Below, one piece after another: positions 31,699-41,155 of a DNA stretch of 64,000 bases (the first letter of the stretch is position 1; each line of letters starts with the position of its first letter). Under the pieces are notes generated by a model. That model was not told where the DNA came from. It saw only the letters and a list, made by a program, of their open reading frames with translations, and made no database searches. The stretch spans positions 1,668,788 through 1,732,787 of the forward strand of contig CAVPPB010000003.1 in the NCBI GenBank assembly GCA_963707215.1. Reading direction: 5' to 3'. Made by a program: the position numbers and the translations under genes. The stretch is from an uncultured Chloroflexia bacterium. GTDB lineage: Bacteria > Chloroflexota > Limnocylindria > Limnocylindrales > CSP1-4.

Positions 31699-32055
31699 GT
31701 GGACGGGATCTGGTATGTGGTGGGGTTCGCCTTCGCCGGTGTCAGCTTCGTCTTCCTGACCATCGGCGCCGCCTGGCTGATCTCGCATCGCAACCGCGGC
31801 GACGTCCACAAGGGCCTCCCCTACGAGAGCGGCATCGACACCTACGGCGACCCCCACGGGCGCTACGGGCTGTCCTTCTACATCTACGCCCTGCTCTTCG
31901 TCGCCTTCGACATCGAGATCATCTTCGTCTTCCTCTGGGCCCTGGTCTTCCGTGACCTGCTCATCGGCGGGTTCGTGAGCATGCTGATCTTCGTCCTCGT
32001 CCTGCTCTTCGCGCTGACCTACGCCTGGCGCAAGGGGGTGCTGACGTGGCGCTGA
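31699..32055 (+). CDS. nuoA: NADH-quinone oxidoreductase subunit A
   Basis: PYESG, FYIYALLFVAFDIE, YAWRKGVLTW. Confidence 0.93.
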   Translation: MDGIWYVVGFAFAGVSFVFLTIGAAWLISHRNRGDVHKGLPYESGIDTYGDPHGRYGLSFYIYALLFVAFDIEIIFVFLWALVFRDLLIGGFVSMLIFVLVLLFALTYAWRKGVLTWR

Positions 32056-32744
32056 AGCCGGAGCGGTCCGACGCCCTCGTCCCCGCCGGCGAGGATGCGC
32101 TGGTCGAGGCGATCGTGACGCCCAACACGCTGTGGCGCTCGGCGGATCCCCTCGCCTACCGGGGCGGTGACGGCGGCCTCGAGATCACCCACCTGGCCGA
32201 GGTGGAGGCGTCGGGCCAGGCCCATCTCGAGGACGCTCGCTGGTCGGGCGCCCTGGGAGTCATCCCGACCAAGGCCGACTACGTCCTCGACCTCATCCGG
32301 ATGAACAGCCTCTGGCCGCTCCTCTCGGGCCTGGCCTGCTGCGCCTTCGAGATGATGTCGTCGGCGACCTCGAAGAACGACATCGACCGCTGGGGCATGT
32401 TCCCCTTCCGGGCCAGCCCGCGGCAGGCCGACGTGCTCATCGTCGCCGGGACGCTGACGACCAAGATGGGCCCACCGCTGCTCCGCCTCTGGGAGCAGAT
32501 GCCGGAGCCCAAGTGGTGCGTCGCGATGGGCGACTGCACCTGCTCGGGCGGCCGCTACAAGCGCAGCTACTCGACGGTCCAGGGCATCGACCGGATCATG
32601 CCCGTCGACGTCTACGTTCCCGGCTGCCCCCCGCGGCCGGAGGGCCTCATCTACGGGATGATGAAGCTCCAGCAGCTGGTCAAGGACCGCCGCGGGCACT
32701 GGGACACCCGGCGCGTCGGCCCCACCGTCCCCGAAGGGGTCTGA
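32046..32744 (+). CDS. nuoB: NADH-quinone oxidoreductase subunit B
   Basis: GLACCAFEM, RASPRQAD, MGDC, PGCPPRPE. Confidence 0.95.
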   Translation: MALKPERSDALVPAGEDALVEAIVTPNTLWRSADPLAYRGGDGGLEITHLAEVEASGQAHLEDARWSGALGVIPTKADYVLDLIRMNSLWPLLSGLACCAFEMMSSATSKNDIDRWGMFPFRASPRQADVLIVAGTLTTKMGPPLLRLWEQMPEPKWCVAMGDCTCSGGRYKRSYSTVQGIDRIMPVDVYVPGCPPRPEGLIYGMMKLQQLVKDRRGHWDTRRVGPTVPEGV

Positions 32745-32750
32745 CCCGGC

Positions 32751-33302
32751 ATGGATCGCGCCCTCAGGCGACGGCTCGAGGCCCGGTTCGGGGACCTGCT
32801 GGTCGGCCCGGTCCGCCAGCGCCACGACGAGACCGAGGTCCGCATCGGGCCCGGTGACGTGCCCGAGGTCCTCCGGGCCCTCCACGACGAACCGGACCTC
32901 CGGTTCCTGGTCCTGGCCGACCTGGCCGGCGTCGACACCGGCACGACCATGGAGGTCGTCTACCAGATCTGGAGCGACACCAGTCCGGACTGGCTTCGGG
33001 TGATCGCCGTCGGGCTCTCTCGGGAGGACCCGCGCGTCCCCTCGATCACCTTCCTCTGGAAGGGCGCCGAGTGGCTCGAGCGCGAGGCCTACGACATGTT
33101 CGGCATCGTCTTCGAGGGCAACCGCGACCTCCGACGGATCTTCATGCCGCCCGACTACCAGAGCTTCCCGCTCCGCAAGGACTTCTACCTGCCCGACGAC
33201 GCGTCCCGGTCACCCGGGGCCGGCGTGCGGCCGATGGAGCGGACCTTCGCGCCGTCGAACGCCACCCCGGCGGCGGCGGTCCGCCGCTCGAAGGCGGGCT
33301 GA
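32751..33302 (+). CDS. nuoC: NADH-quinone oxidoreductase subunit C
   Basis: [24 protein letters not shown]. Confidence 0.93.
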   Translation: MDRALRRRLEARFGDLLVGPVRQRHDETEVRIGPGDVPEVLRALHDEPDLRFLVLADLAGVDTGTTMEVVYQIWSDTSPDWLRVIAVGLSREDPRVPSITFLWKGAEWLEREAYDMFGIVFEGNRDLRRIFMPPDYQSFPLRKDFYLPDDASRSPGAGVRPMERTFAPSNATPAAAVRRSKAG

Positions 33303-33303
33303 G

Positions 33304-34554
33304 ATGGCGACGACACGGAGCGGCGAGCGCGGCGCCTTCGACATCCCGGCCCACGCATCGGCCGACGACCCGCGGGTGACGCTCGAGGAGCAGGTCGGCG
33401 TCTACGAGGCCGTCCCGCCGTTCCCGCCCCGCACCGAGCGCGAGTCCGAGTTCTATACCGTCCGCGACGGCGAGCTGCTGGTGAACATCGGGCCACACCA
33501 CCCCTCGACCCACGGCGTCATGCGGGTCGTCATGAAGATCGACGGCGAGCAGGTCGTCGACCTCGACCCCGTCCTGGGCTACCTCCATCGGGGCGTCGAG
33601 AAGCTCTGCGAGAACGCCGACTACCACCAGACGATCACCCAACTCGATCCGCTCGAGTACGTCAGCTCGCTGTTCTGCGAGTGGCCCGCCGTCATGGCCT
33701 ACGAGAAGCTGCTCGACGTCACGGTCCCCCGCCGCGCCGAGTACATCCGGGTCCTCTCGGCAGAGCTCAACCGGATCTCCAGCCATGCCCTGGCGATGGG
33801 CTTCCACGCCCTCGACCTGGGCGGCCTGACGCCGATCCTCTACAGCTTCATCGAGCGCGACGAGATGGTCGAGATGCTGGCCGCCCTGACCGGCCAGCGG
33901 ATGCTCTTCAACTACTTCCGCATCGGCGGCGTGAACGGTGATCTGAACCACGAGTTCATGAGCCGCCTGGGCGACTGGATGAGCCGCGCAGGCCAGCAGG
34001 TCGAGGCGAACGTCGGGCTGCTCAACGAGAACGAGCTCTTCGTCCGCCGCAACCGGGGGCTCGGCGTCATCGACAGCGAGACGGCCCTGCGGCTCTGCTG
34101 GACCGGGCCGAACCTCCGGGCCACCGGGCTGCCGTTCGATATCCGGCGTGCCCATCCGTACAGCATCTACCCGGAGATCGATTTCGACATCCCGACCCGG
34201 CGCGAGGGCGATTCGCTCGCCCGCTATCTCCTGCGGATCGACGAGATCAAGCAGAGCCTCCGGATCATCGACCAGTGCCTCCACCAGATGCCCGACGGAC
34301 CGGTGATGGCCACGCTCCCGCGACTGCTCCGACCACGACCGGGCCGGGCGTTCGCGGCGGTCGAAGGACCCCGCGGCGAGTACGCCGTCTACGCCATGAG
34401 CGATGGCACCGACCAGCCGTTCCGGCTGCGGATCCACGACCCCAGCTTCCTGCACCTGGCGAGCTTCACCCACCTGGTGCCCGGCAATCTCCTCGCCGAC
34501 TGGATGACGATCAACGCCTCGCTTGACCCGATCATGGGTGGGATCGACAAGTAG
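33304..34554 (+). CDS. nuoD: NADH-quinone oxidoreductase subunit D
   Basis: NIGPHHPSTHGVMR, GYLHRGVEK, EGPRGE; no NiFe CxxC motifs. Confidence 0.93.
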   Translation: MATTRSGERGAFDIPAHASADDPRVTLEEQVGVYEAVPPFPPRTERESEFYTVRDGELLVNIGPHHPSTHGVMRVVMKIDGEQVVDLDPVLGYLHRGVEKLCENADYHQTITQLDPLEYVSSLFCEWPAVMAYEKLLDVTVPRRAEYIRVLSAELNRISSHALAMGFHALDLGGLTPILYSFIERDEMVEMLAALTGQRMLFNYFRIGGVNGDLNHEFMSRLGDWMSRAGQQVEANVGLLNENELFVRRNRGLGVIDSETALRLCWTGPNLRATGLPFDIRRAHPYSIYPEIDFDIPTRREGDSLARYLLRIDEIKQSLRIIDQCLHQMPDGPVMATLPRLLRPRPGRAFAAVEGPRGEYAVYAMSDGTDQPFRLRIHDPSFLHLASFTHLVPGNLLADWMTINASLDPIMGGIDK

Positions 34555-35904
34555 ATGACGACGATCGGTCGGAACTTCGCCCGAATGAGCTTGCCGGTCA
34601 AGCTGCTCGTGGCGGCGATCCCTGTGCTCGTGGTCGTCAGCCTGGGCCTGGTCGTCGGCCTGGTCCTGATCGGGCCGTTCGCCCTGGCCTTCGTCGACGA
34701 GAACCATCCGTTCTTCCGCTTCATCGTCGCGGCCACCGCGGTGTTGCTGATGACCGTCCCGACCGCCTTCCTGATCATCTACATGGAGATGAAGATCATC
34801 GCCCTGATGAACCTCCGGATCGGGCCGGACCGGGTCGGGCCGTACGGCTCCGCGCTCTCGGTGGTCCATGGGCTCAAGGTCCTGATGAAGGAGGACTTCA
34901 CCCCGACCGGCGCCGACCGCCTGGTCTTCACCTGGGCCCCGGTCGTGACCTTCCTGGCCAGCGTGATGACCCTCCTGGTGATCCCCTTCGCGCCCGGCCT
35001 GTTCGGGGCCGACCTCAACATCGGCCTGCTCTACTTCTTCGCCATCGGCGGCCTCTCGGTGGTCGGGCTGCTGATGGGCGGCTGGGCGAGCTTCAACAAG
35101 TACTCGCTCCTGGGCGGCATCCGCTCGGCGGCCCAGGCCGTCAGCTACGAGATCCCGCTGGTGCTCTCGGTCGTCGGCCTGATCCTCATCGCCGGGTCGA
35201 TGAGCCTCAACACGCTGGTCGAGAACCAGGCCGGTTCCTTCCTCGACTGGTACGTCTGGCAGCAGCCGCTCGGCGTCCTGATCTTCATGATCGCCGCCAC
35301 CGCGGAGGTGAACCGGACCCCCTTCGACCTGACCGAGGCCGACTCGGAGATCGTCGCCGGCTTCGCCACCGAGTACTCGGGCATGCGCTTCGGCTTCTTC
35401 TTCTTCGCCGAGTACGTGAACGTGTTCATCATCTCGGCCCTCGCGGTGACGCTGTTCTTCGGCGGCTGGAACGCGCCGTTCGACTGGCCCTTCGCCGTCG
35501 AGATCAGCCTCGACCCGTTCGCATACGGGCTGGCCGGGCTGATCGCGCTGCTGCTCATCCCGCTGGTCGGCACGCTGGCCTTCGCGGCGCCCTTCTGGCT
35601 GGCCCGCTCGGATCGGCCCGGCTGGGAGGCGCTGGTCATCGGGTTCGTGCTGTTCAACCTGGTGGCCGTGGCGGCGGTCCTGGGCTGGGCCTTCGTCAGC
35701 TTCGACTGGGTCGTCGGCCTGTTCTGGTTCATGGCCAAGGCCTACGCCTTCGTGTTCTTCTTCGTCTGGATGCGGGCCACCCTGCCGCGGATCCGGATCG
35801 ACCAGCTGATGAACTTCGCCTGGAAGTGGTTGATGGAGCTGGCCTTCCTGAACATCTTCATCACCGCCGGGGCGATCATCCTCATCGAGTACCTGAGGTC
35901 GTAG
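34555..35904 (+). CDS. nuoH: NADH-quinone oxidoreductase subunit H with extra TM segments
   Basis: RIGPDRVGP, SYEIP, NRTPFDLTEADSE, RATLPRIRIDQ. Confidence 0.93.
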   Translation: MTTIGRNFARMSLPVKLLVAAIPVLVVVSLGLVVGLVLIGPFALAFVDENHPFFRFIVAATAVLLMTVPTAFLIIYMEMKIIALMNLRIGPDRVGPYGSALSVVHGLKVLMKEDFTPTGADRLVFTWAPVVTFLASVMTLLVIPFAPGLFGADLNIGLLYFFAIGGLSVVGLLMGGWASFNKYSLLGGIRSAAQAVSYEIPLVLSVVGLILIAGSMSLNTLVENQAGSFLDWYVWQQPLGVLIFMIAATAEVNRTPFDLTEADSEIVAGFATEYSGMRFGFFFFAEYVNVFIISALAVTLFFGGWNAPFDWPFAVEISLDPFAYGLAGLIALLLIPLVGTLAFAAPFWLARSDRPGWEALVIGFVLFNLVAVAAVLGWAFVSFDWVVGLFWFMAKAYAFVFFFVWMRATLPRIRIDQLMNFAWKWLMELAFLNIFITAGAIILIEYLRS

Positions 35905-35908
35905 ACGG

Positions 35909-36565
35909 ATGAGCTCGATCCCCGGTCTCGGCATGGCGAAGGGCATGGCGCTGACGCTGGGCCGCTTCTTCAAGCCGAAGGCCACGGTCCGTTACCCGGA
36001 GGTCCCAGCCGACGTCGCGACCAAGTTCCGGGGTCGCCTCCAGCTGCTCTACGACGAGCACGGGACCCTGAAGTGCGAGACCTGCTTCCAGTGCGCCCAG
36101 GCCTGCCCGATCGAGTGCATCGACATGGGCGGCGTCGACACCCGGGGCCGCTACCACGTCCACTGGGGCGCCGCCGAGACGTACGGCGAGCGCCGCGAGG
36201 AATCGGCCCTCCGCCGGTCGGGCCGGACCGTCCCGGACCCAGGCTACCGCCCCTTCGACCCCATCGACCCGGCGGCCATCGACGCCATCCTCGACGACCA
36301 CGACCACGACCCGGCCCGGATGCTCGAGATCCTGGAGGCGGTCCAGGACGCCTACGGCTACCTCCCGGTGGCGGCCCTCAAGCGGATCTCCCACGCCACG
36401 GGTGCCTGGTACGCGATGGTCTACGGCACGGCCACCTACTACCGCCAGTTCCGCTTCGAGCGACCCGACGACACGGCCCAGGCGGCCGCCGTCGCCGCCC
36501 ACCGGCCCGGGGAGGCCGACTACCTGGCGGGCCTGACCGCATCCCTCGGCGGATCGGGGCGATGA
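35909..36565 (+). CDS. Fusion of the NuoI N-terminal half (first 4Fe-4S motif) and the NuoE N-terminal helical domain
   Basis: GMALTL..FFKPKATVRYPE...FRGR...CETCFQCAQACP (NuoI-N), then MLEILEAVQDAYGYLP...VYGTATYY..F (NuoE-N). No second ferredoxin motif and no 2Fe-2S Cys. Confidence 0.85.
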   Translation: MSSIPGLGMAKGMALTLGRFFKPKATVRYPEVPADVATKFRGRLQLLYDEHGTLKCETCFQCAQACPIECIDMGGVDTRGRYHVHWGAAETYGERREESALRRSGRTVPDPGYRPFDPIDPAAIDAILDDHDHDPARMLEILEAVQDAYGYLPVAALKRISHATGAWYAMVYGTATYYRQFRFERPDDTAQAAAVAAHRPGEADYLAGLTASLGGSGR

Positions 36566-36569
36566 GGCC

Positions 36570-37895
36570 ATGACCCAGCTGCTGGCGACGCCCGCCGCCT
36601 GGCCACGGATCCTGCTGGGCCGGGCCGACGCCGCCGATCCGATCGACCTCGACGCGGCTGTCGCGGCGGGTGCCTTCGACGGCCTCCACAAGGCGGTCCG
36701 GGACCTCGGCCCCACGGCCACCATCGCCACCATCGCGGCGTCGGGCCTGCGGGGGCGTGGCGGTGCCGGCTTCCCGACCGGGGAGAAGTGGCGGGCCTGC
36801 GCCTCGCAGCCGTCGGATCGCCGCTTCGTGGTGGCGAACGGCTACGCCGCCGACCCCGCGTCGCGCACCGACGTGACCCTCATGGAGCGCGATCCATACG
36901 CCGTCATCGAGGGCGCGGTCGTCGCGGCCCTCGCCGTCGGTGCCGCCGACGTCGTCATCGCCGTCCGGGCGGACGCCCGGGCAGCCGTCGAGGCGCTCGA
37001 GGCGGCCGTGGCCGCGGCGACGGACGCCGGCTTCGCCGGGCCCGACGTCCTCGGCTCGGGACGTTCGGTCGAGATCGCGGTGCGGGCCGTCCAGGGCGCC
37101 TACATGCTGGGCGAGGAGACGGTCCTCCTCAAGGCGCTCGAGGGGAAGCGAGGCCAACCGGAGCAACGGCCGCCCTATCCGGCGGTCCGCGGCCTGTTCG
37201 ACCAGCCCACCGTCGTCAACAACGTGGCGACCCTGGCCGCGGTCCCCTGGATCCTCCGCAACGGACCCGAGGCCTTCGCGGCCATCGGGACCGCCGAAGC
37301 ACCGGGGACCGCCCTGGTCCACGTCCGCGGACCGCAGGGCGAGGGCATCGCCGAGGTCCCGCTGGGGACGACCCTGCGGCAGGTCGTCGACCTGGTCGGC
37401 GGGGCCGGCACCGGCCACGATCTCAAGGCGCTCGTCGTCGGCGGACCGTCCGGGGGGATCCTGCCCGGGGACGCGCTCGACACGGCCTACGACTACGCGA
37501 ACCTGCGTGAAGCCGGAGCCCACCTGGGGTCGGGCTCGATCATCCTGGCCGACGAGCGAGCGTGCATCGTGGACCTCGCCCGGCTCCTGACGCGCTTCTG
37601 CTCGACCGAGGCGTGCGGCAAGACGATCCCCTGCCGGATCGGCACCCGCCGGATGCTGGAGATCAGCGATAGGATGGCCGAGGGTCGGGCCCGGCCCAGC
37701 GACCCCCAGCTCCTCGACGACCTCGGCCACGACATCGTCGCGTCCGCCCTGTGCGACCACGAGCGGCTGGCGACGCTCCCCATGACCAGCGCGATGCGAT
37801 ACTTCCGGTCCGAGCTCGACGATCACATCCTGCGCAGCACCTGCCCCGCCGGCGTGTGTCGCTCGATCGCGGCCCCGTCCGGAGCGGCCCGATGA
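36570..37895 (+). CDS. nuoF: Degenerate NuoF/HydB-like subunit
   Basis: SGLRGRGGAGFPTG, GEET, GGPSGG and CPAGVC are retained; the ADEG(E/D)PG loop and one N3 Cys are altered. Confidence 0.82.
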   Translation: MTQLLATPAAWPRILLGRADAADPIDLDAAVAAGAFDGLHKAVRDLGPTATIATIAASGLRGRGGAGFPTGEKWRACASQPSDRRFVVANGYAADPASRTDVTLMERDPYAVIEGAVVAALAVGAADVVIAVRADARAAVEALEAAVAAATDAGFAGPDVLGSGRSVEIAVRAVQGAYMLGEETVLLKALEGKRGQPEQRPPYPAVRGLFDQPTVVNNVATLAAVPWILRNGPEAFAAIGTAEAPGTALVHVRGPQGEGIAEVPLGTTLRQVVDLVGGAGTGHDLKALVVGGPSGGILPGDALDTAYDYANLREAGAHLGSGSIILADERACIVDLARLLTRFCSTEACGKTIPCRIGTRRMLEISDRMAEGRARPSDPQLLDDLGHDIVASALCDHERLATLPMTSAMRYFRSELDDHILRSTCPAGVCRSIAAPSGAAR

Positions 37896-37902
37896 GGCGG
37901 CG

Positions 37903-40527
37903 ATGACGGACCTGATCTCCCGGCCCCCCAGCATCCGCCCCGACACGCCCAACGTCCTCGACACGGTCACGCCCCGCGAGGAGACCCTGGCCGAGCGCCT
38001 GCTGACGACGCAGTCGCCGCAGCGGCCCCAGTCCACGGCGCGTATCCGGGTCGAGGTGGACGGTCGGGTCATCGAGGGGTTCGAGGGCCAGACGATCCTC
38101 GAGATCTGCCGCGACAACGGGATCGAGATCCCGACCCTCTGCTACGAGCCCAAGCTGCCAGGCTTCGGAGCCTGCCGCATGTGCGTCGTCGAGGTCGAGG
38201 GCGAGGAGCACCCGCCGATCAGCTGCTCTCGGGCGGCCGAGGACGAGATGGTCGTACGGACCCAGACCGACGACCTCCGCCGCATCCGGCGTACCAACCT
38301 CGAGCTCATCTTCAGCGACCACAACGCCTACTGCCTGCCGCCCTGCCAGAACAAGTGCCCGAGTCACATCGACATCCCCGGGTTCCTCAAGGCCAATGCG
38401 GAGGGTGAGTTCCGGGAGTCGGCCCGGATCTTCAAGCGCACGATCCCGTTCCCGTCGATCCTGGGCCGGGTCTGCCCGGCTCCCTGCGAAGAGCATTGCC
38501 GCCGCGACGAGGTCGACGAGGCGATCGCCATCCGCGACAGCCACCGCTACGCGGGCGACCAGGTCCTCCACCAGATGCTGGACGAGGGCGTCGATCCGCC
38601 GATCCCCTTCGAGCTGCAGCCCAAGACCGGTCGGCGGGTCGCCGTCATCGGCTCCGGGCCGGCGGGCATGTCGGCCGCCTACTACCTGCTCATCGCCGGC
38701 CACGACGTGACGGTCTTCGAGCGCGACCCGGCGCCGGGCGGCATGCTCCGCTACGGGATCCCGCAGTACCGCCTGCCCAAGGTCGAGGTCCTCGAGGCCG
38801 AGTACGAGTCGGTGACCCGGCTCGGCGGTCGGATCGTCTGCAACCAGGCCCTGGGCCGCGACTTCACCCTGGATGATCTCCAGAATCAGGGCTTCGACGC
38901 CGTCCTCGTCGCCATCGGCTGCTACGACACCAACAAGCTGGGCATCCCCGACGAGGACGCCGCCGAGGTGCTCGACGGCCTCGAGTACCTGCGGACCGCG
39001 ACGCTCGGCCTGCCGTATCCCGACCACGCGGGCAAGCGTGTCGTCGTCATCGGCGGTGGCTTCACCGCGATGGACTGCTCACGGACGTCGGTCCGCCAGG
39101 GTTGCGGCGAGGTGACCCTCGTCTACCGCCGCGACATGAAGGACATGCCGGCAGCGAGCGAGGTCCACGAAGCCATCGAGGAAGGTGTCACCACGATCTT
39201 CCAGGCCGGCCCCACCCGGGTCGTCACCGACGACGCCGGCAACGTGACCGGGGTCGAGTTCATCCGGATGCAGCTGGGCGAGCCCGATGCTTCGGGCAGG
39301 CGCCGTCCCGAGCCCGCTCCCGGCACGGAATTCGTCATCCCCTGCGACCGGGTCCTGCTGGCGATCGGCCAGGGTCCTGACCTGTCCTGGATCGGGCCTG
39401 GCGCCGAGGGCGTCACGGCGACGAAGCAGCGACGCCTCAAGGCCGACGCCGTCACCTTCGAGACGGACCGGCCGGGCGTCTTCGGCACCGGCGACGTCCG
39501 GATCGGCGCGGCCACGGTCGTCCAGGCCATCGCCGAGGGTAGGCGCGCGGCATACGCCATGGACGCCTACCTCCAGGGCCTGGACCTCTCGGCGATCAAG
39601 ACCCGCCAGCAGCTGGCCGAGCCGCAGCCGGAGTTCCTCTCGATCGTCCCCTTCACCAGCGAGGTCAAGGAGCCGCGCATCCGGCTGCGGGCGATGGAGG
39701 CCGAGGAGCGCCGCTCCAACTACATCGAGTACGAGATCCCCTACGCCCGCCAGGCCGCAGTCGCCGAATCCACCCGCTGCCTGCAGTGCACCTGCGAGGC
39801 CATCGGGTTCTGCGATCTGCGGCGCCTCGGCATCGAGTACGGGACGACCCTGCAGACGCTGGAGAAGCAGCACCACCATGGAGCCGGCTTCCGCTCGGTG
39901 ACCGAGAACCGCTTCACCGGCACCAACCACGACTACCTGCGCGACGACAGCCACGCCTTCATCCTCCGGGAGCCGTCGCGCTGCATCGACTGCGGGCGTT
40001 GCGCCCAGGTCTGCTCGGAGGTCGTCGGGGCGGCCTGCTACGACTTCATGAGGATCGGCTTCGACACCCTCGTCACGACGCCGCTCGACATGAGCCTCAA
40101 CGACACCCCGTGCGTGTCCTGCGGCCGCTGCGCCGAGACCTGCCCGACCGGGGCGCTCATGCCCAAGCCGCGGATCCTGACCAAGTACGAGGTCGACGAG
40201 AGCCGCTGCATCCTGTGCGGGATCTGCGTCGATGCCTGCCCGTACGACGCGCTGCGCGACGGTGCCGATTTCGAGCTGGCCCACACCAGCCGCGAGGAGC
40301 CGATGATCGACCTCATCGCCCTCGCCGCGGTCGAGCGAGAGACGGAGGCGACCTACATCCGGCGCGAGCGGGATTGGCTCCAGCGGGCCCAGGCCGCGGG
40401 GCGCGACGTCGGCGGGGTCCGGTCGCTCCCGGTCCTGCCGGCCTCGATCGCCGGGCAGCAGGGCAACGGCAACGGCCACAACGGCAACGGCCATGCCCGG
40501 GGCGGTGACGAGGGGGGTCACCGATGA
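37903..40527 (+). CDS. NuoG-N Fe-S / GltD-like FAD-NAD(P)H flavoprotein fused to the NuoI C-terminal half
   Basis: 2Fe-2S (IPTLC..GACRMC..SC); GltD core (PCQNKCP, GRVCPAPCEEHC, GSGPAG, GGGFTAMD, YRR); two 4Fe-4S motifs; then YEVDESRCILCGICVDACPYDAL...DFELA...REE (NuoI-C). Confidence 0.88.
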   Translation: MTDLISRPPSIRPDTPNVLDTVTPREETLAERLLTTQSPQRPQSTARIRVEVDGRVIEGFEGQTILEICRDNGIEIPTLCYEPKLPGFGACRMCVVEVEGEEHPPISCSRAAEDEMVVRTQTDDLRRIRRTNLELIFSDHNAYCLPPCQNKCPSHIDIPGFLKANAEGEFRESARIFKRTIPFPSILGRVCPAPCEEHCRRDEVDEAIAIRDSHRYAGDQVLHQMLDEGVDPPIPFELQPKTGRRVAVIGSGPAGMSAAYYLLIAGHDVTVFERDPAPGGMLRYGIPQYRLPKVEVLEAEYESVTRLGGRIVCNQALGRDFTLDDLQNQGFDAVLVAIGCYDTNKLGIPDEDAAEVLDGLEYLRTATLGLPYPDHAGKRVVVIGGGFTAMDCSRTSVRQGCGEVTLVYRRDMKDMPAASEVHEAIEEGVTTIFQAGPTRVVTDDAGNVTGVEFIRMQLGEPDASGRRRPEPAPGTEFVIPCDRVLLAIGQGPDLSWIGPGAEGVTATKQRRLKADAVTFETDRPGVFGTGDVRIGAATVVQAIAEGRRAAYAMDAYLQGLDLSAIKTRQQLAEPQPEFLSIVPFTSEVKEPRIRLRAMEAEERRSNYIEYEIPYARQAAVAESTRCLQCTCEAIGFCDLRRLGIEYGTTLQTLEKQHHHGAGFRSVTENRFTGTNHDYLRDDSHAFILREPSRCIDCGRCAQVCSEVVGAACYDFMRIGFDTLVTTPLDMSLNDTPCVSCGRCAETCPTGALMPKPRILTKYEVDESRCILCGICVDACPYDALRDGADFELAHTSREEPMIDLIALAAVERETEATYIRRERDWLQRAQAAGRDVGGVRSLPVLPASIAGQQGNGNGHNGNGHARGGDEGGHR

Positions 40528-40610
40528 AGGAGCTCGTGATCGACGACCGACGGACCCGGAGCGGCCGGAGCCGTTCCGTGGCGACGGGCTAGGGAGGCAG
40601 AGGGAGGATC

Positions 40611-41155
40611 GTGGCGATCCCGGACACCGTCCCGATCATCGGGGCCAACTGGGACGACATCCTGTTCGTCATCTTCGCCGCCATCATGCTCGGCGGAGCG
40701 CTGCTCGTCGTCGTCCTCCGCGACATCATCCGCGCCGGCCTGGCGATGATGGTCAGCTTCGGCGGGCTGGCCGGTCTCTACGTCGTGCTCGGAGCGCCGC
40801 TCATCGCCGCCGCCCAGGTCCTCATCTACATCGGGGCGATCAGCGTCCTGGTGCTCTTCGCGATCATGCTGACCCAGACCAAGGCCGCCCCGGTCCGCCT
40901 CGTCTTCCAGACCCAGGCCGTGCCGGCGGCCATCGCCTCGGCCCTGCTGGCGGTCCTGATCGCCCTGGCCGTGACGGCGACCGACTGGCGGAGCCGCCGC
41001 GGGCAGGATCACGACCGCGACGGACGAGCTCGCCCGGCTGCTCTTCGACGAGTACGTCCTGGCCTTCGAGGTCGTCGGCGTGCTGATCCTGGCGGCCGTC
41101 ATCGGGGCGGTCTTCCTTGCCCGTCGCGAGCGAGAGGAGGAGGGCGAGCTCGTGA
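40611..41155 (+). CDS. nuoJ: NADH-quinone oxidoreductase subunit J (apparent frameshifts)
   Basis: [22 protein letters not shown]; [23 protein letters not shown] continues in another frame after about 41000. Confidence 0.85.

Noticed and set aside
33304-34554. Group 4 NiFe hydrogenase interpretation of the nuo cluster
   Set aside because: NuoD lacks both CxxC Ni-binding motifs, NuoB has the tandem CC, and nuoA/J/K/L/M/N are present.
40524-40592. 22-aa ORF (MKELVIDDRR...) between the flavoprotein gene and nuoJ
   Set aside because: ATGA overlap is present, but it is too short and featureless to support.
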